Translations under genes and position numbers: made by a program
Shown: positions 60,103 to 64,000 of the stretch, piece by piece
How the letters are laid out: each line of letters opens with the position of its first letter
Numbering within the stretch: position 1 is the stretch's first letter
Notes under the pieces: generated by a model
What the model was told of the DNA's origin: nothing
The model's input: only the letters and a program-made list of their open reading frames with translations
Databases searched by the model: none
NCBI GenBank assembly: GCA_949284035.1
Contig: CASDUQ010000045.1
Coordinates: 71,170-135,169 of the forward strand
DNA length: 64,000 bases
Direction: 5' to 3'
Source of the DNA: an uncultured bacterium
Lineage (GTDB): Bacteria; Cyanobacteriota; Vampirovibrionia; Gastranaerophilales; Gastranaerophilaceae

Positions 60103-61491
60103 TTAACAAGTTCCTTTTCCCGAAACTACACAAACATCAGAAACTTTACTATTGATAAATTCCTTTATAGTCCCCGCAATTCTGTCAATTTCTTCATCAC
60201 CAAGTGCAGGGAAAGTACCTACCCAGAAAGTATTATTCATAATAAAATCTGTGTTGGGTAATAATTTATAATGCTCTTCAGTTAATTCTTTAGAGTTTAT
60301 TAATTCGGAATTTCCTATTCTTAAATCAACATCATTGTCAACAATCATAGGTTGTCTCAAAATATTACCTGCGAACAATTGTCTTGTTCCCACATTATGG
60401 TTTTCCAAATATTCAACCATTTCTTGTTTCGTAAACGGCGCATCTTCTTTTACAGAAATTAGATATCCAAACCAAGACGGTTTTACTCCTTCCTTAATTT
60501 TGGGAAGAATTAAATAATTCTGCATATCAGACAATTTTTCAGTCAAACGGTCTGCATTATGCGTTCTAATACCTATAAATTTATCCAATTTATCAATTTG
60601 AGAGCATCCTAAAGCTGCCTGCCAATCAGTAATTTTTAAGTTAAATCCTATATGAGAATAAGTATATTTGTGGTCATAGCCGAATGGTAGATTGCCCAAC
60701 TGCTGAGAAAATCTTTTTCCGCAAACACCATCACGTCCCGGCGGACAGCAACAATCTCTGCCCCAATCTCTAAATGACATAATTATTTTGTATAATAACG
60801 GATCATTAGTTATTACGGCACCGCCCTCTCCCATTGTTAAATGGTGAGCAGGGTAAAAACTAAATGTTCCAATATGTCCTATTGTGCCGATTTTTTTGCC
60901 TTTATATTCCCCACCCAGAGCATCACAGCTGTCTTCTATAACCCATAAGTTGTATTTTTCGGCAAGTGCCATTATTTTATCTAAATCATAACTGTTACCC
61001 AGCGTATGAGCCAAGAATATTGCTTTTGTTCTAGGTGTAATGGCCTCTTCAATTTTATCAGCATCAATATTATATGTTCCGATTTCACAATCCACAAAAA
61101 CAGGCACCATTCCATGCTGGATAATCGGATTTATAGTTGTCGGAAATCCTGCTGCTACTGAAATAACTTCATCACCTTTTTTCAAAGCTCTTTCACCCAA
61201 TTTGTGAGATGTCAAAGCTGAAAAAGCCAATAAATTAGCACTGGAACCTGAATTAGTTGAAAGTGCATATTTAACACCAAGATATTTGGCAAACTTTGTT
61301 TCAAACTCTTTATTAAATCGGCCTGCAGTAAGCCACATATCCAGAGAAGCATCAATCATATTTAACAATTCTTCTTCACCAAGAAGTTTTCCGCTCGGCG
61401 GAATATAATCAAAAACGCGTTTTTCCCCGTAAACTTCTTTATAATATTCTTTTGCTGCTTCTTTTACCTTATTACGTAATTCTTGTTCCAT
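60103..61491 (-). CDS. rfbH: CDP-4-keto-6-deoxyglucose 3-dehydratase (DdhC/RfbH)
   Basis: NSGSSANL, FPTTINP, EDSCDALG, SFYPAHH.TMGEGG, WGRDC, YDHKY. Confidence 0.9.
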   Translation of the reverse strand: MEQELRNKVKEAAKEYYKEVYGEKRVFDYIPPSGKLLGEEELLNMIDASLDMWLTAGRFNKEFETKFAKYLGVKYALSTNSGSSANLLAFSALTSHKLGERALKKGDEVISVAAGFPTTINPIIQHGMVPVFVDCEIGTYNIDADKIEEAITPRTKAIFLAHTLGNSYDLDKIMALAEKYNLWVIEDSCDALGGEYKGKKIGTIGHIGTFSFYPAHHLTMGEGGAVITNDPLLYKIIMSFRDWGRDCCCPPGRDGVCGKRFSQQLGNLPFGYDHKYTYSHIGFNLKITDWQAALGCSQIDKLDKFIGIRTHNADRLTEKLSDMQNYLILPKIKEGVKPSWFGYLISVKEDAPFTKQEMVEYLENHNVGTRQLFAGNILRQPMIVDNDVDLRIGNSELINSKELTEEHYKLLPNTDFIMNNTFWVGTFPALGDEEIDRIAGTIKEFINSKVSDVCVVSGKGTC

Positions 61492-62552
61492 TTTATACTC
61501 TCCTCATACTCTTGTATTTGCTTCAAAGTGAATTCGTACATATCTCTATCCCGTGTATAGAAATGTTTATACCACTCAACTGTTTTGCCTATTGCTACAT
61601 CAGCGGTATAAGTCGGTGTCCAGCCTAAGACTTTTTCAGCTTTTTCAATATTCAGCATAAGAAGATTTGCTTCATGCAAATTATCTTTTTTATGGACAAC
61701 AACTTCACCCTTACCGTAATTATCTACAACCATTTGCGCAACTTCTGCGACTTTGAGAACACTGTCCTCATTAGGTCCGAAATTAAAACCTTCAGCATAT
61801 TTTTTACCATCCTCTAAAAGTTTCTGTCCCAAGAGCAAATATCCGGATAACGGTTCTAAAACATGCTGCCAAGGTCTTACAGCAACCGGATTTCTAATTT
61901 CTATTTTTTCTCCTGCATTAATATATCTTACACAATCAGGGATTAATCTGTCTAAAGCCCAATCTCCGCCGCCAATTACGTTACCTGCTCTTGCCGTAGC
62001 CATTGCATAAGCACTTTCACTCTGTAAAAATGAACGTCTGAAAGATGATGACATAATCTCAACACATCCCTTGGACGATGAATACATATCATACCCGCCC
62101 ATAGGTTCATCTTCTTTATACCCTCTGTTTATCTCTTTATTTTCATAACATTTGTCAGTGGTAACATTTACAAATGCTTTTACAGAAGGAGTTTTTTGTG
62201 CAGCTATCAATAAATTTAAAGTACCTATAACGTTTGTTTGATATGTCAATAAAGGTTCAGAATAAGATAATCTTACCAGGGGCTGAGCAGCCAAATGAAA
62301 AATTATATCGGGCTGAAATTCCAATATTGTTTTTTCAAGTTTACCGGTATCCAAAATATTTCCGATAACAGATTTATATATTCTGTTTCCAATATTCAAC
62401 TCTTTGAACATTGACGGGTTAGTATTAGGCTCTAAAGAATATCCACAGACTTCCGCTCCTAATGACGTCAGCCACAAAGCAAGCCAACTTCCTTTAAAGC
62501 CTGTATGTCCGGTTAAGAAGACTTTTTTACCTTTATAAATATTATTATACAT
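61464..62552 (-). CDS. rfbG: CDP-glucose 4,6-dehydratase
   Basis: TGHTGFKGSW, HLAAQPLV, TTDKCY, YSSSK, RPWQHVLEPLSGY. Confidence 0.95.
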   Translation of the reverse strand: MYNNIYKGKKVFLTGHTGFKGSWLALWLTSLGAEVCGYSLEPNTNPSMFKELNIGNRIYKSVIGNILDTGKLEKTILEFQPDIIFHLAAQPLVRLSYSEPLLTYQTNVIGTLNLLIAAQKTPSVKAFVNVTTDKCYENKEINRGYKEDEPMGGYDMYSSSKGCVEIMSSSFRRSFLQSESAYAMATARAGNVIGGGDWALDRLIPDCVRYINAGEKIEIRNPVAVRPWQHVLEPLSGYLLLGQKLLEDGKKYAEGFNFGPNEDSVLKVAEVAQMVVDNYGKGEVVVHKKDNLHEANLLMLNIEKAEKVLGWTPTYTADVAIGKTVEWYKHFYTRDRDMYEFTLKQIQEYEESIKWNKNYVIR

Positions 62553-63354
62553 TTACTACCTCTTTACTATTTAGCCATTTTGCCCAAGGAGCGTTTTCCT
62601 GCTCCCACATAGCAGTCAAATCAATCTTATCCTTAAGTGTATCCATCGGTTTCCAGAAACCGTCATGTTTATAAGCACACAATTGACCATCTTCGGCAAG
62701 TTTTTCCAAAGGTTCGCGTTCAAAAATAACTTTATTATGAGAGCCGTCAATATAATCAAATATTTCAGGTTCACAAACAAAGAAGCCTCCGTTAACCCAA
62801 GCCCCATCGCCCTTCGGTTTTTCTTTAAATGACATAACATCATTTGAAGATGAAAGATTTAAGGCACCAAATTTTCCTGAAGGCTGAACAGCCGTCATAG
62901 TAAGATACTTGCCTTTTGCTTCATGGTATTTAATAAGTTCTCGGATATTTACATCCGAAACACCATCACCGTAAGTCAACATAAACCTTTCATTTCCGAT
63001 ATATTTCTGGGCTTTTTTGATACGACTGCCAGTCATGGTATCCAAGCCTGTATATAGCATTGTAACCTTCCATGGTTCAGTTTGAATTCTATGGATATCA
63101 ACAGTATTGTTTAACATGTCCACTGTTATATCAGAATATTGCTGATAATAATGAACAAAATAGTCCTTAATAACATGAGATTTATAACCCGTTAATATAA
63201 TAAAATCATTAAACCCGTAATAAGAGTAAGATTTCATAATATGCCATAATATAGGCTTACCGCCAATGGCAACCATTGGCTTTGGTATCAATTTTGTTTC
63301 TTCCGATAATCTTGTTCCCAAACCTCCTGCAAGTATTACAACCTTCATTAACAT
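62545..63354 (-). CDS. rfbF: Glucose-1-phosphate cytidylyltransferase (likely start 63348)
   Basis: LAGGLGTRLSEET..PKPM, LTYGDG, NGGFF, FWKPMDTL.D. Confidence 0.95.
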   Translation of the reverse strand: MLMKVVILAGGLGTRLSEETKLIPKPMVAIGGKPILWHIMKSYSYYGFNDFIILTGYKSHVIKDYFVHYYQQYSDITVDMLNNTVDIHRIQTEPWKVTMLYTGLDTMTGSRIKKAQKYIGNERFMLTYGDGVSDVNIRELIKYHEAKGKYLTMTAVQPSGKFGALNLSSSNDVMSFKEKPKGDGAWVNGGFFVCEPEIFDYIDGSHNKVIFEREPLEKLAEDGQLCAYKHDGFWKPMDTLKDKIDLTAMWEQENAPWAKWLNSKEVVNV

Positions 63355-63998
63355 ACTCCTTTTATATTTTTATTAATTCGAAACAGCTTAGTTTTTATAA
63401 AGTAGAAAAGTCTTAAATCAAAGTTTATAGTTAGTAAATTTTTCTCTTTATCAAAACACTCTTTTTTACTTACGAATACAACCCTGTACAACGAATAAAA
63501 AAGAATAACGTTTAATATAAACCTTAATTTTTCCCATGGACTTAGCACTGCAAAAACACATAAATAATTATATAAATTTTTTTCTGAGTCTTTAGGTTTC
63601 CAGAAGAATAGTTTTGCAGAATTTAATTCCGTCAAAAAACGATTATGAGAAATAATATAATTTCGGATTTTCTTATTCTTTATTAAATATAAAGAATTGG
63701 CATACCCGCTAATCCAATTCATTCCTTTTTGCAGAGGATGTATAGACTCATCCAGCCCTCTTGTGTAAGTATAACAGCCATCTTCATCTCTGTTATCTCC
63801 AACCAGCACAACTGCATTATCAACGACAGATATTTGTTTCTTTTCATTTACCAACTTTGCTGCTAAGGCAAGATGCGGAAACATATTAGCTATGTTAAAT
63901 TCCATATTTGCCATAACAGTATCGTTAATATTTGCTGTTTTATAAATTACACCCGGTAAAAAAGTCATCTGATCAAATAATTGTGCTATATCATATTT
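63348..63998 (-). CDS. Partial hypothetical glycan-locus protein (runs off the window edge)
   Basis: Frame stays open upstream of ATG 63968 to the window edge (KYDIAQLFDQM..); overlaps the rfbF start. Confidence 0.6.
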   Translation of the reverse strand, partial: KYDIAQLFDQMTFLPGVIYKTANINDTVMANMEFNIANMFPHLALAAKLVNEKKQISVVDNAVVLVGDNRDEDGCYTYTRGLDESIHPLQKGMNWISGYANSLYLIKNKKIRNYIISHNRFLTELNSAKLFFWKPKDSEKNLYNYLCVFAVLSPWEKLRFILNVILFYSLYRVVFVSKKECFDKEKNLLTINFDLRLFYFIKTKLFRINKNIKGVC

Positions 63999-64000
63999 AG

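Overview
64 kb of low-GC bacterial chromosome. The FTLAEVLITLGIIG pilin family, cyanobacteria-like housekeeping genes and an anaerobe-type gene set suggest Melainabacteria (Gastranaerophilales-like); this is inference. The first ~30 kb is backbone: GH10-like hydrolase, comEC, pyrF, rmuC, a two-component pair, a peptide ABC transporter, groES/groEL, cysK, an ECF sigma operon, trmFO, three dispersed type IV pilin-like genes and lineage-specific membrane proteins. After tRNA-Ser(GCT) come a MITE with an 8-bp TSD, a macro-domain gene and two short tyrosine recombinases. The remaining ~32 kb holds two convergent surface-glycan operons separated by ldh. Strongest observations: (1) an intact minimal tyrosine recombinase next to a paralog that has lost five of six catalytic residues and is translationally coupled to the glycan operon; (2) a pilin gene switched OFF by a G10 tract, whose 70-aa leader contains two palindromic repeat families read in frame; (3) a C10 tract, currently ON, in a Maf/DUF115-like transferase; (4) a phosphonate pathway with a phosphonopyruvate decarboxylase-Fe-ADH fusion beside a LicD gene; (5) several nucleotide-sugar modules that do not match a canonical pathway; (6) repeated leaderless promoters. 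No CRISPR array, rRNA, prophage or reverse transcriptase was seen. Family assignments come from motifs read by eye, not from database searches.
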